This document shows positions 1-12,532 of a stretch of 64,000 nucleotides of DNA, one piece after another. The first letter of the stretch is position 1, and each line of letters begins with the position of its first letter. The DNA comes from Neoechinorhynchus agilis (taxonomy: Eukaryota; Animalia; Acanthocephala). Both the position numbers and the translations under genes were made by a program. Below the pieces are notes generated by a model. The model had not been told where the DNA came from. It saw only the letters and a list, made by a program, of their open reading frames with translations, and searched no databases. The stretch spans positions 5,145,489-5,209,488 of the forward strand of contig CM121342.1 in the NCBI GenBank assembly GCA_051530055.1. Reading direction: 5' to 3'.

Positions 1-492
1 TTCAAGGCAATTTGGAGCGTTTTATTGTCGATTCTCGGACAATCCAGGACGAAGTGCGCTTTAGATGGAAAAAGGATTAAACTAAAAAGGCCAACGTTGA
101 ACGTATCTTTATTTCTAACTCATCATTCTCGAAAAACTGTTTAGTCCCACGTTGGCACGCGATCCGCAGAAGTTCCAAAAGTTTTTATTCACTTAACGTT
201 GTTCCTTTTTCACGTAGAAACGTTTTATTGGTAGAAAAGAATACATTTGATTCCTAAAATCAATTTTGCATCCGTTTACGCGCTCATTCTTTGATGGCTC
301 ATCCGCAATCACCCAGGTTGAGAGACGTAATTTTGACTTAATTGAACTCGGAAACTAATTTTTTAAGGGAAACACAAATCATGCATTCTTGAGCTTATTT
401 CCCTGATTACAGTGATACTCAAAAAGGAGATTTTATGAAAAGACGCTCAATTAAGATACTGAAAAGATTTTATTTGAAGAAATTAACCAAGT

Positions 493-2117
493 TCAAAAAT
501 CCGTTTTGCTTGATACATCAGCTTTCCATGCGAGAGCCATCGCAGGAATACTGGCAACTCCACAATAGTTTTTTCCGTTTCGATAAATTCGGATATACCC
601 ATCTTCTCCCCACGAATCTCCAAAGCTAAACTTCATTTGGCATATCACTGAGTTTTGGCCACTCACCTATTTTTGATCAACCAATAATCGGTAATACGTC
701 CACAGTTCTCTTCACTGCCGTAACCAATAAGAAGGACGGCATGGTTTAATTTGGTTGCATCACAGGGACCGTCGTAGATACCTTTATTTTGGTAGTTCAA
801 ATAAAAAACAATTAGAGAATTTCTGTTTAATATTTTGTGTGGTTCTACTCCGTTACCAAAAGCTGTAAAGTTAAATTGTTACATATTAAACAATGCTGAG
901 TTCATATGATCTTGGCACTTTTGAAAATGGAACTGAAGCTAGAAAATGCAAGATCTTCTTATATATCGTTTGGGAGGATAATAAGGATTATATATTTTTT
1001 AGGAAATGAGAAACGTGGCGATGCTGCAGCTTAAATCTCACTGCACGAAAAAAAGTTCACTTGGACGATGACACTTTCACTCCGCTTCAAACCTGATCGA
1101 TAATTGATGAATTCACTGGCACTTCCATCGATTCCAACTGCGACTGGTCCAAATTGAAGCGCCTCCATTATCTTCCTTTCTTGGTTAGGAGTGATGCTAT
1201 GATAATGAATAACAAGGGCAACCGCATCAGATATTTGGTAGGAACAAGTGCCAGTCTCCTAATCAGAGGTTTTCACTGCAAGAACAAAAATTTCATACAA
1301 CCTTTCCTATATAAGGATATTTACGACTACTGGTCACGCCCATCATCTGAATGTATTCATAAGTGCTAATCAAAAGTCCACCTTGGCATCCATAATTGCC
1401 TGACCATGTGGAACAGTCGACTATCTGCTGCTCACTGAACGTTTCGGATTGATTGAGCATTAATTTATATTGTGCTTCGATCGATCCTATAGTTGTGAAG
1501 GCATAACAGCTTCCACAAATTCCCTGGTCCTTCACGGGTGAAATGATTCCCCTTTGACGCCAATCTAAGGAATCCGGCAGGTCCATTTGGATCTTTAAGA
1601 GGCCGTTCATCTCGTCAATAACGCGATTTACGTTCGGTTGGCGAAGTCCGTTTACGGATTTGCCATAAAACGCCTCGTCCTTTGAGTGACAAATGAGTAC
1701 ATGTGATTTTATCAATCATACTCACAACATCCGAGTAAATATTGAATCCCATTTTGAAACCTACTTTACCTTCTGAATGTTTGGCATTGTTCGCAATAAC
1801 TTTACGTGCTCTATCTGCAAACGCAAGTCTCTTTTTTTCTTGAACTCGAATAGATCTTTCATCGGGTTTCTCTGGAAATGAATCGCATGTTTGTATTCAG
1901 CCTAGACGGTCTTACTATAATATTTCTTGTATAGAGTATAAAGACTATCGATTTCTTCGTCAATATCAATTGCTCTCCCTTTCAGTTTCCCATGCTTCAT
2001 AGCTAATTTCCTTGAAATAGAATCCAAGTAATCATGAAGCGCATCCTTCGATTCTGTGGCACATTTTACCATAAACACAATCACGGCAAATGCTACAGTG
2101 ATCCTTAGTGATGACAT
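493..2117 (-). CDS. CTSL: Cathepsin L-like papain-family cysteine protease (5 exons)
   Basis: Signal peptide MSSLRITVAFAVIVF, prodomain, LPDSLDWR, QGICGSCYAF (catalytic Cys), LNHAVLLIGYG (His), YWLIKNSFGDSWGEDGY (Asn). Four GT-AG introns reconstructed by hand; stop TGA at 493-495. Confidence 0.93.
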
Positions 2118-2936
2118 TTTGGCTTGCTGTTCGAAGTTTAAATCGTCCGTCAACAAAGATCACAATATTTGTTAATTTGCGTGTCAAAACAAAAAGGGTA
2201 CACCCACACAACCTCTCCTCGAAGTTTTTCCTTTTGAAATGTTTTAAAAAAACGACCATTAGTGCTCTGAATCGTTCGATTATCCACAAACAGTTCTCGA
2301 TCAGGTTTTATGCAAAAAAACCCATCTCTAACTACATCCTTTTTCGTCGTTTTGTCTTCGCTTCTGCAATGCAGCTCGTAACTTTAATAGTTTGCGACTG
2401 TTCATGTGATAGCGTAGTTTGAGCGTTTGCGGATTAGAGGATTCAAAAACGAGTATTTAAACGCCATTTCCAAAAAGAATAAGCTCTTTTTCTAATTGTC
2501 TGATTCGTTTAAGCCCCAACGAACTCCGGATTCGTCATTGGGAAAAAAGGCATAGAATCGTCTTGTGTGCCTCCGTTCCTTACTCAGGACACTCGAGACG
2601 GGAGCTGTTTTTCTTGGCGTGCTGCCAAAGATAAATGCCATGCTGCATAAGCGTCTGCGTACGAATTGTCTTTACTGAGAAAAACCCACGGAGTGTGCTA
2701 AAAATTGATTTTGCAATAATTCACACACACACACAAATCAATTGACTATTATCTTAAAAAAAGAGATGATGTCGTTAGCTTCAGCCGTTAGCAATAGCAT
2801 TCCAGCTAGCCCAAACAATAAACTGTCGGCAGCACTTGTCAACATGAGCGCAGTTGATATATCGACGACAGTGAGTCTAACACCTCCATCCACCTGATAA
2901 TAATCTTTTATGAGCCAAAAATAGGACACAGCGATC

Positions 2937-4702
2937 ATGAGGCACCAACAACCGACAAACACTTCCAATTCCTCTTACAATCTCAATAGTCTCCCTGAAA
3001 AAGTACTTCTGAAAATTTTCTCTTTCCTTCCTCATCGTGAAGTGCTAAAATGCGCTTCGGTTTGTCGCATGTGGAACAGTTTAACCAAAGACAATCGACT
3101 GTGGCGAAATGTATACCTTCGTCCAGAAATCCAGTCTGACTGGACTTTGCAAGTCAAAGATATAAATCTGTTCATCCGACTTATTGGCGATCGATTCGGT
3201 GATCGTCTCAATAACATGGAACTTCCATACGACCTAATAACGACCGAAATTCTCACTGAACTAGCCAATAAGTGCCCAAATCTGGGGAGACTTGTACTCG
3301 ATTTCTCCAAAGCAATGCAACTCAATGACTTCAATGAATTGAACGTTTTTCCCTGCAACTTGAGAAGTCTTTATATTTGCTTATCTGAAGTAATCTTTCT
3401 TGAAGGATTCATGAGGCGAATATACACTTTTATGTCGTCGTTAGAAGTTCTTCATCTTATAGGTATTATTGCTTTTGGACTTTGGCCCGATCTGAGATTT
3501 GTTTAGGAACAATCGACAAATCAACTACCGATGTTGAGGAGGAAATATATGAAACTATCAATATTCATAAGATTAAATCGTACACTCCAAATCTTAAGGT
3601 AAGCAAATAAGTTATTATTGAACATATGAGTACAAAAGTGATCACTCTCGGCCAATGAACCTTTTTTACGTTCTTTTTAAACTAGACCCCACTAAAAGAT
3701 TTTCCAATACAGGTTATCAACCTTTATAGCGTCCGATTCGTCGAAGATTATCACATAGAAAGCATTGCTTCGGGCTGCATCCATTTGGAGTGCCTTTCTC
3801 TTAGTCACTGCACTCACCTCAAGGGAGCTCCTCTCAAAGTCCTCATGCAAAGATGCCAAAAACTCCGTTGTCTGATTTTGCGTAACACTGGAATCGAAAA
3901 CCGCCACTTCTCTGCAGTTGCATGGGAAGACTGCCAAAACCTCGAAGAACTCGACATCGGATCCACTGACCTGTCAGAAGATTGCATTTTGAATTCATTC
4001 CTGCGAATGCGTGGATTCATGTACCTTGCCGTTCCCTATTGCGATGGATTCACGGACAATGTTTTGGAGAAACTTATCGAGAACCAGAAACTTGTAAATC
4101 TGAGGGCCTTAGATGTTGGATATACCGTCAATTTAAAAGTTGAGACGGTGTTCAATTCCCTTAAAGTACTTGGTCCAAAACTAAAAGGTCTCGTGTATAC
4201 TGGAAACATCAAAGTGACCGAGCAGTTTTGGACTGCAGGGTTATCTCATCTAAGGAATATCAGGTGATATTTGTGCCACCTCCTTCCGGTAAATAAATTG
4301 AATTTAGGCTACTCATTATGGGAACGCCATTCGGCTGGTTCCGCCGGATATCCACTCGAATTCACATTGATTCAGTCATGGAAGCAATTGCACAAATGTG
4401 TTTTAAAATTGAGCACTTGGAAGTTCAATGGGATCCAGAAACACTGAGATGGACGGAAAACAGCAGCAAATTTATTGACCATTTAAGGTATAACTTTTGT
4501 GCTATCTATATTCTGAAAAATCTTTTTTAGACTCCGATGCGCACATCTTCAGACCCTGTCACTTGCCGACGGCGAATATTTTGAACTTGTTCGGTCGAAT
4601 TTCGAAAGAGCAGGCAGGTTCAATGTTGTGAGGAATTTTACCAACTATCACACGGATATTGTGAGTTTGCTTAGTTATTTTGATGATCTTAGGTTCAATT
4701 AA
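2937..4702 (+). CDS. F-box/leucine-rich-repeat protein (5 exons)
   Basis: F-box LNSLPEKVLLKIFSFLPHREVLKCASVCRMW followed by LRRs (LECLSLSHC, LRCLILRNT, LEELDIGST). Four GT-AG introns join the ORF pieces in frame; TAA at 4700-4702. Confidence 0.9.
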
Positions 4703-5057
4703 ATTGCGTAACTCTTCAAAATGGTCAAACACGACGCCAATATATCCTACAAAGTCTTTTAATCCATAACTCGCTAAGCGATCTAATGTCACTTTGATCT
4801 TCAATGCATCATTGAAAAGGGTAGCTTAGAGCCAGAATTTTACGAATTGAATCAAAAATAAAAAGAATGTCACTGCTTTGACTTTTTTTAGGTGCATATT
4901 AGTATAAAAAATTGTGTTTGTTGGACACGGCAACATTCCGAAAAAGAGTGATCTTCTAAAGAAAAAGGCTGGTCGATAGGAGGTTGTGTCAGATGTAGTT
5001 GAAGAAAACAATCACTGGTGTTAAGCTTTTATATTCTACTAAAATCACTAAATCCGT

Positions 5058-7833
5058 CTACTCCAAGACACACTGCGAGAGGGTATCTAGCAGAACAGAA
5101 TGTGCCTCATCGCAAACTTTATCCGCCAATCGCATGGAAATGTAACAATGCGGAGCATGCTGAACTGAAACAAACTTGTGATCTACTCCCAGGACGGTGA
5201 ATCGTTTTGCCATAATGATGCTGTCATCGAGAAGTGGATCGCTTTGACATCCCTGTATCTTGCAGTGTTAAAGTTTTCTAAACAGCCAACTTACGAATAA
5301 GTAAGTAAAGGGAAACTGCCGAAGTATGTCGTCCGGAACAAATATTGGCGATGCACCGGGTGAAAGCATCGATTCGGAATTCGCCAAGTAGTCGATTTCG
5401 TGTTTAATAGCTTGTCCCAATCTTTCGAAATCCGCTGTAGTTTCAGGGACATGTGTCACTCCCTTTGTCTCGTCGCTCTAAAATTATACCAGAAAATGGT
5501 ATCCAACAAGTACTTACATATCTCGATGGTCCTTCGGTTGACCCTTCAAAGTATCCGCTATAGGCCAAGGAACACACTTGAAGTAGACCAAAATTCAAAA
5601 ATGGGTCTATAAGAGACAGAAGTCGGCTTGGTGATTGATGTCCACTGAGATTGAAGACTGGATATAGACAAAACAGGATGTCAGGAGTCCTTATTCCATT
5701 CATTATCGCTTTTATGCAAATACTTGCTGCCAAATTGCCGCCAGCACTATCACCGGTCACGATTATCCTCTCGCCGGTCCATCCTATTGAGCTCTAAGGC
5801 GTATAATGGACGAAAAGATCTTTACGAACCAAGAGGTCGGCTTTCTAGCGTCCAGATATAAGCGTAGAAGCACTCCTCTGCTTCATGTGGAAAGCACACG
5901 GAAGGGGACAGAGCATAGTGAACACCAATTATTGGAATGTTCAGTGATTTTGCCCATTTGCACATATACACCTATTCGAACCGTATAAGACGACTATCTT
6001 TTAAAAGAACGGCTAAGAATTGGCAGACTTTAATGCGTTCATGAAAACAATTATTCAATCGATTGACACAAATTTAAGTAAAGATTTGCAATATTCGGAA
6101 AATGTACTTCAAAGAGAATAAAGGCGAAAATGAACCGATAATTCCCTTTTTTTCTGAATTGATCACTGTTCTATATTTGTGTGACATTTATGACCCGAAC
6201 AATAGTACCTCTTCTGCACTAAATGACTCGGCAATAAATCCTCCACCATGGAGATGGAGCAATATGGTCCTCGGAGGACTCCAATCCACGCCTTTAGAAA
6301 ATTCTAACTCTTTCTCGGTGATTCCGAGCTGCGCCTAAAATCGCATTTGTTGTACAAGTGAAAGTACTTTTTAACTCACCAAAGATCCATGAGTCATCCT
6401 GTTGCTCATGATCACAACGGGGAGCGTCGATGTTGGCAGATCTGCAGATGATACTTGAACTTCGTTTCCTGCAGTCAAACTCCTATTGGTTAACATTATT
6501 GGTTTATTTGGAAGAAGGATCCATTTGGTAAGTGAAACTGGTTCGCGTAATTGGTGATTGAACTTCTAAAAAATACTTTTGATTAATGACCATTCCCTTC
6601 GCAGTTGTTACCTTTGAGGTATATTTTTCAACAGCGGAAAACAAGGCATTGCAAAATCTGACTCTAGAAACTAAATATCTTTTATGAACCTTATCAAAAC
6701 AATGTAAATGGCGTCGCTATGAACAAACAATATGAATACCTCGACTGCTCGTTCATCCGCCGCATCTTGAGTGCATTTTGATTGTTTGGGAAATATATGG
6801 GCTAAAAAGTTCTGACATTCGCCTTTTGAACGTCCGGAATAGTTGAATGTACTCATTGTCGACACGATTTTCATCATCGGTTTTTTTAGCCCATTTGGAT
6901 ACTAAACATTTTCGAGGAAACGAATTTATGCCCAGTGCTTTAATAAAATGAAAGCATTTCTAAATTACTAGAATTAGAACAGTTTTTTAGCTGGGTCTTA
7001 CAAAGTCGACCGCTTATATAGGTGATTTTTTAACATCTATTAAGATAAATACTAAATTTGAACAATACTACGTGGTTTCATGTCGACAAAGAAAGGTTTT
7101 GTCGGGTTCGAAGTTCCATCAGTCGTGTTTTTTTAGTGTTTATCATTTTAAAATTTGTGTACTCAAAAAAAATCGTTTTGTACAATCGATTCGACAATCG
7201 TTTGTATATGCGATTTCAAGCATTTTCAAGAGAATTATGCGTAAATTGTTCAAGAGGAATGGCAAATAATGTCGTGAGAATGTGAAAGCTTCAACATACC
7301 TGAAAAGCGACTGCTCGTCCGTATACTGCTTTTGTCGTAAGAACGCAATGGATCAATCGATTCATAGTATCATCGCTAAGACAAAATCGATCAACAAGTA
7401 AGCTATCACTACTTCGAAGATAGTCAGCAGCGAGATGAATGATAGGAGTCATCTCTGTAACAACATTGGTCCAAGCCGTAATGTTTTTCAAGTGCTCTTT
7501 TTTCCCGCTACGACATGGCTGGAACCCAGAGGAATCTAGTGATATTAAATCCACGAGTTCCGCTAAGCATTTAGAGTAGAATTTAAGCAATGACCGGTAT
7601 CCGTTAGTTTTGATGTCGGGATGTGGATCGAATTCATTGATACGAGAAGCAATGAAATCAACATCAGTCAATGTCTGATCGACTTTAGTTAAACAGTTTT
7701 CTATTGACCGAATAACCGGAGTGAGCTTCCTCGATCTACTCGTCTCTAACTTCTTATAATAGAAATGGACTCCAAATACTTGTTGGCGAATTAATTCAGC
7801 CTCCGTAGTCTCCTTCGATTGCTGCATCTGCAT
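5058..7833 (-). CDS. LIPE: Hormone-sensitive lipase-like, paralogue B
   Basis: HSL N-terminal domain (EFDPHPDIKTNGYRSL), HLHGGGF, GDSAGGNL, DPLLDDS, and a His motif reading APHCY. All introns are GT-AG; stop TAG at 5058-5060. Confidence 0.88.
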
Positions 7834-8173
7834 TAAAGAGCTCGATGAGCCGATAGTAAAGTTCTCTCTCTCGATCTATAGATGCGAGATAAGGATATGA
7901 GGTTGTTCGAACAAGGTTTTTGTTGAAACTCAATGTAGGTTCAACCCAAATAACGATACAAATGAAAAACTACAGGGACCTAATCTTATTATGTAGACCA
8001 CCGAATGTCAAACCGATAACATTTTCCCTTACTGTCCTAAATTCTAAGACAGAAATTTATGTTAAAATCATGTTGCAAGGCAACATTTCGGTTTGTTTAC
8101 TAAGCATTCTAGTATGGAAATATTAGTAAGACCGTATTCATCAATGAAAACCAAATTAAGAAACCACACTTTT

Positions 8174-8324
8174 TGTTTACAAATCTTCTCATCCATTTAA
8201 AGAGTTTATTAAAGCCTATTTCTGCCAAACTCATCAGGTTCATCATCAGTTTGTTACCAAAAGACGAACAATCTGATGATGAACCTGACGAATTTGGCAG
8301 AATGGATGAGTAGACCTGTAAACA
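8174..8324. repeat. Foldback (long imperfect inverted repeat)
   Basis: Perfect 16-bp arms at 8234-8249 and 8273-8288, nested inside further paired segments (ttctgccaaa/tttggcagaa; tgtttacaaatcttctcatccatt/aatggatgagtagacctgtaaaca). Confidence 0.85.
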
Positions 8325-9291
8325 ATAATTTGATCATATCAACATTTTTATCGAACTCAGAAACGACCGAAATTCGAAAAAATCAGTGTCTTTAACCGTA
8401 AATTTTACCGAAACACCCGGTGAAATGCTCCAATGTGGCTCCAAGAGTTGTTTTATGGAAATATTTCGATCGTTTATTGACCGCCTTACCCCAAAAGGTT
8501 TCTTCATGTGACCCATAAAAGCTACATGGGATGATCTTTTTTTTTCTTACCGTCTCCGAGAAACTACAATACACAAATCAATTTTCCACTGCGTTAATGA
8601 GAAGCAAGACATGGATTTCGTCACGAATATTAGTTTTCAAATAATCTCGAATACGGACTAGATGGTGGATACACAAACAGCATCCATCGCAACGAACATT
8701 GAGCATTTTGTTTTGGGATATCGCGATACTGTAAACAAGATAAATTGTCAATTCCTTACCTAGGAATAAAAACAATAGAAATCCCTTTATACTAATATGA
8801 ATTTGGAGCTTTCGACATTTTTTTATTAAATAAAACGCCCGTGTCTCAAAAAATTAATCCACTTCCGAAACTGTTCAACACTGTTTTTTGAGGTGGAAAA
8901 CTCAGATGCCTAAGAAGTGGTCTTGTGGAACCGGTTTTGTCCTCATCTACAAACTCACATCAATGCTTTTTACCAATAACGACCTTCAAAATGTTGTGCA
9001 TTCTCGTGTCCACCTCCTCCTTCTGAATCCGCAACCGTTAATCCAGGTAAGAAAATAATAAATACGCACGAACAAGAAAAATGAGAGTCGAAACGATTTT
9101 GCAGATCGCGGCTTCAAACACAACGACCAAAAAAGTGATAGTCCTGAATTCGTTTACTTAGTTTTTAAGGAAACTAAATTTTGGATGCAATTGAAACCCG
9201 TGTTTATCGATTGGTCGAATAACCTGAGGTTTACTTTTTTTCTAGGAGTGCGAAGTTCCGTGTTTTATTTCATTAAATGAGATTATTTCGA

Positions 9292-12046
9292 TTACACTAA
9301 AGACTGCAAAAGTGTGTTCAATACGATTGTGTGGGCATCGTCGCAAGTCTTGTCAGCCAGTCGCATTGTAATAAACCCATGAGGTACGCCAGACATCGAT
9401 ATGAATTTATGATCAACTCCAAGAATCGTAAGTCTCTTTGACATTATGATACTATCATCCAGAAGTGGATCATTGTCGCATCCCTACGAATTTAGGAAAA
9501 AGGAGTTTCCAAGACAAAGTTCAGCAACTCACGAAAAGGTACGTGAAAGGGAATTGACCGAGAATATCGTCTGAGGCGAACAACGGGGATGCACAAGCGG
9601 ATAGCATCGGTTCCCACGTTGCGAGATGATCAAGATTACGCCGAATTATTTGCCCTAACCTCTCGAAATCCGTTTTTTGCCTTGATGGACTGGATATTTT
9701 TAATATGTCGTGATTCTGTGCGATCAATACGAATGATGTGTTTGATCGAAACGATAACGAGCAAATACGTACACATTTTGTTGGGCAACTAGGAAATTCG
9801 TCCAAAAGTCCAGCGTAAGCCAATGCACAAACTTGAGAGATATTGAAGTTTAGTATTGGGTCTATAAGAGACAGAAGTCGGCTTGGTGATTGATGTCCAC
9901 TGAGATTGAAGACTGGATATAGACAAAACAGGATGTCAGGAGTCCTTATTCCATTCATTATCGCTTTTATGCAAATACTTGCTGCCAAATTGCCGCCAGC
10001 ACTATCACCGGTCACGATTATCCTCTCGCCGGTCCATCCTATTGAGCTCTAAGGCGTATAATGGACGAAAAGATCTTTACGAACCAAGAGGTCGGCTTTC
10101 TAGCGTCCAGATATAAGCGTAGAAGCACTCCTCGAGGGCATGAGGATACTTGACTTGGGGAGACAACGTGTAATTTAAAATTTTTAATCTTCAATCATAA
10201 AGACTATTGGCGAAGATTATAAATTACGCTTAGCAATGGAACCTTTAATGATTGAGCCCAAGTGCGCATGTATACCTTGTGAATAAACAACAAATGATGC
10301 CATTTTAATTTTTATATGCATAAAACGATGAGGAAAAACACAATTTAACCGCATTTTTTTACCAATGATCGGTTGTGATTGCTAATCGCTACAGTAATGG
10401 GTTCAATGAGTTTAAATTTAAAGGGCTAGGCTGTTTACAGCGTCGAATTAGATTCAAAACAGTACGGTTGAACGAAGATACCAACGAGTAGTATAGACAA
10501 ATCGGGATTTTCTACCATTTATGTAGAAAAATAATAGCTGATGTTCAACACGGTGGTTATTAAATAGACTACAATGTCTAGGTTTGAATGTGGGACCAAG
10601 CCAATTGCGGCTAGACCGTGAGATCTCTTTTTAAGCAACCACTGCTTTCATCCATGATTTCGGATGCAAATAAGAACTTACTTCTTGAGCACTGACTGAT
10701 TCTGTGATAAATCCACCGCCGTGAAGATGAAATAAAATAGTTCGTGGTGGATTGGATTCCGCATGTCTTGGTTGCTCGAGATCTTTGTCGTTCAATCCAT
10801 GTTGCTCCTTCAAACTGGCAAATATAACAAAGCTGGAAAAAAAGGGTAAACGCTAACCAGTGCTCCGTTCGAAATTCCATGACTCATTAAAAGAACCGAA
10901 AGTGAATCCGAAGGAAGCGTTACGGTTTCAATTGAATTGTTAGAACCGGGTACTATGCTTCTCGTGGTGGTCATGATTTCTTTATTGCCTAATTCTATCA
11001 CTTTGTTCAACGTTACCTTGCCGTAAACATGTTGGACCCGGCGCTACGTTAAAATCTCGTTCAAGTAAACAATGGATTGGGATGAAAGTAACCTTTAGAA
11101 GATAGTTATCACTTGCTGTAAATAAGGTCTTACAGAAGCCAATCGTAGCGTCCAGATAGGCCTCATGGGCCTTTGTACATATGGAGATTAGAAAATTGAA
11201 CTTAAGCGTATTAACAAAACCTTATTGACTCGTGCGTCTGGATCGAATATCCACTTGGCTCCAGTTGGGACAAGTTTTGCGAACGGCAGTCGGCATTTGC
11301 CCTTTGGACATCTCGCTTTGTACGAGATCATTGCTGAGCAAACCAGTCCAACTGATCTCCTCATTCCTTTTGGATACTAGTAAGTGGACATTGATCATCA
11401 AAATTAGTTGGTAAGAGCGCATATTGTCTGCCAAATCCAAGGAACTTACCTGAAATGCGATTGGCCTTCCGAAGACGGACTTTGTTGTTAAAGCACATTT
11501 GACAAATCGGTCGACGGTCTCTTCGCTTAGACAGGACCTAGGGACGAGTAGACTGTTGCTACTTCGTAGATATTCAGCAGAGAGCATGATCAATGCGGAA
11601 ACCTCAATTATCATGTCTGACCAAGCCTTGACTTTTTTCATGTGAGTAGTCCAACCATTTCGGAACAAACCGCTTGTAGAGGAGGAACACAAGGACAGAT
11701 AGCCGAGTAGCCTGGTTATGCACTGAGCATAGACTTTGACCAATGACCGGTATCCGTTAGTTTTGATGTCGGGATGTGGATCGAATTCACGAACTCGGGA
11801 TCCGATGAACTCCACTTCGTTTGTAGTTTCATCAACTCTGGCTAAGCAAGTCTTGATTAATTCAGCGACTTGCTTTTGTTGGCGTCCACTGCACGAGTTC
11901 AGCTTCTCGTAATATAATCGAATTTCATTCACCAATTGATTGAACGTCTCTGCTCCAGTCCTCGGGTTCATTATCATCGTAGTTGAAATGGCGTAAGGTG
12001 AACAAGGAGACGAGCGACTATGAACAATTGTCAACGCGTTTGTCAT
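9292..12046 (-). CDS. LIPE: Hormone-sensitive lipase-like, paralogue A (contains a 49-bp non-GT-AG insertion)
   Basis: HSL_N domain, HLHGGGF, GDSAGGNL, DPLLDDS, VPHGF; stop TAA at 9292-9294. Intact apart from the insertion at 10178-10226. Confidence 0.86.
10178..10224 (-). other. TA-flanked, inverted-repeat-ended insertion in a lipase exon
   Basis: TA at 10176-77 and 10225-26; arms ATTTATAATCTTC / GAAGATTAAAAAT pair 12 of 13. Removing 49 bp gives LLSVNYTLSP, collinear with IIGVHYALSP of paralogue B, which has no insertion here. Confidence 0.8.
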
Positions 12047-12532
12047 TATTTCTGATTTGAGAAGCGGACTGTGCCTTTTTAGAAGAAGAAGAATGAATAG
12101 ATCTGAATCTTTGTGCGAAAAGGATGAAGTTGAATGCCATCAAAAAAAAAAGGTCTGCATCAAAACAATGTCACGATCGCTGTTGAATAATGAAAGTCCA
12201 CTTTAAGGGCCAGAAAAAGAGAGCAAATGCGTTAAACGCCAATTGTGGGCCTAAATAGGAAACGACGCAAAATTTCCGATGATTTGAGAAAAGATCATGG
12301 TAAACAAATTTAAAAGACCTCAGAAAACGCGATTGTACGAATACAGCACAGAACCGGAAAAACATCGAAGACTTTGAGACCTCGTCTACGTTTAACAAAT
12401 CGTACAATCATCTTGAGAAATGACAGTCTCGACTTGGTCTCTCTTTAATCCAAGAGATTCGCAATTCTTCACCAAACGAAAGAACTTTCTGCATGAGTTC
12501 ATCGATGTATGACTTTAAACAATGAGTTCACG

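Noticed and set aside
8273-8300. Active hammerhead from CTGATGA
   Set aside because: No correctly placed GAAA/stem III/UH, and the motif is sequestered in a hairpin.
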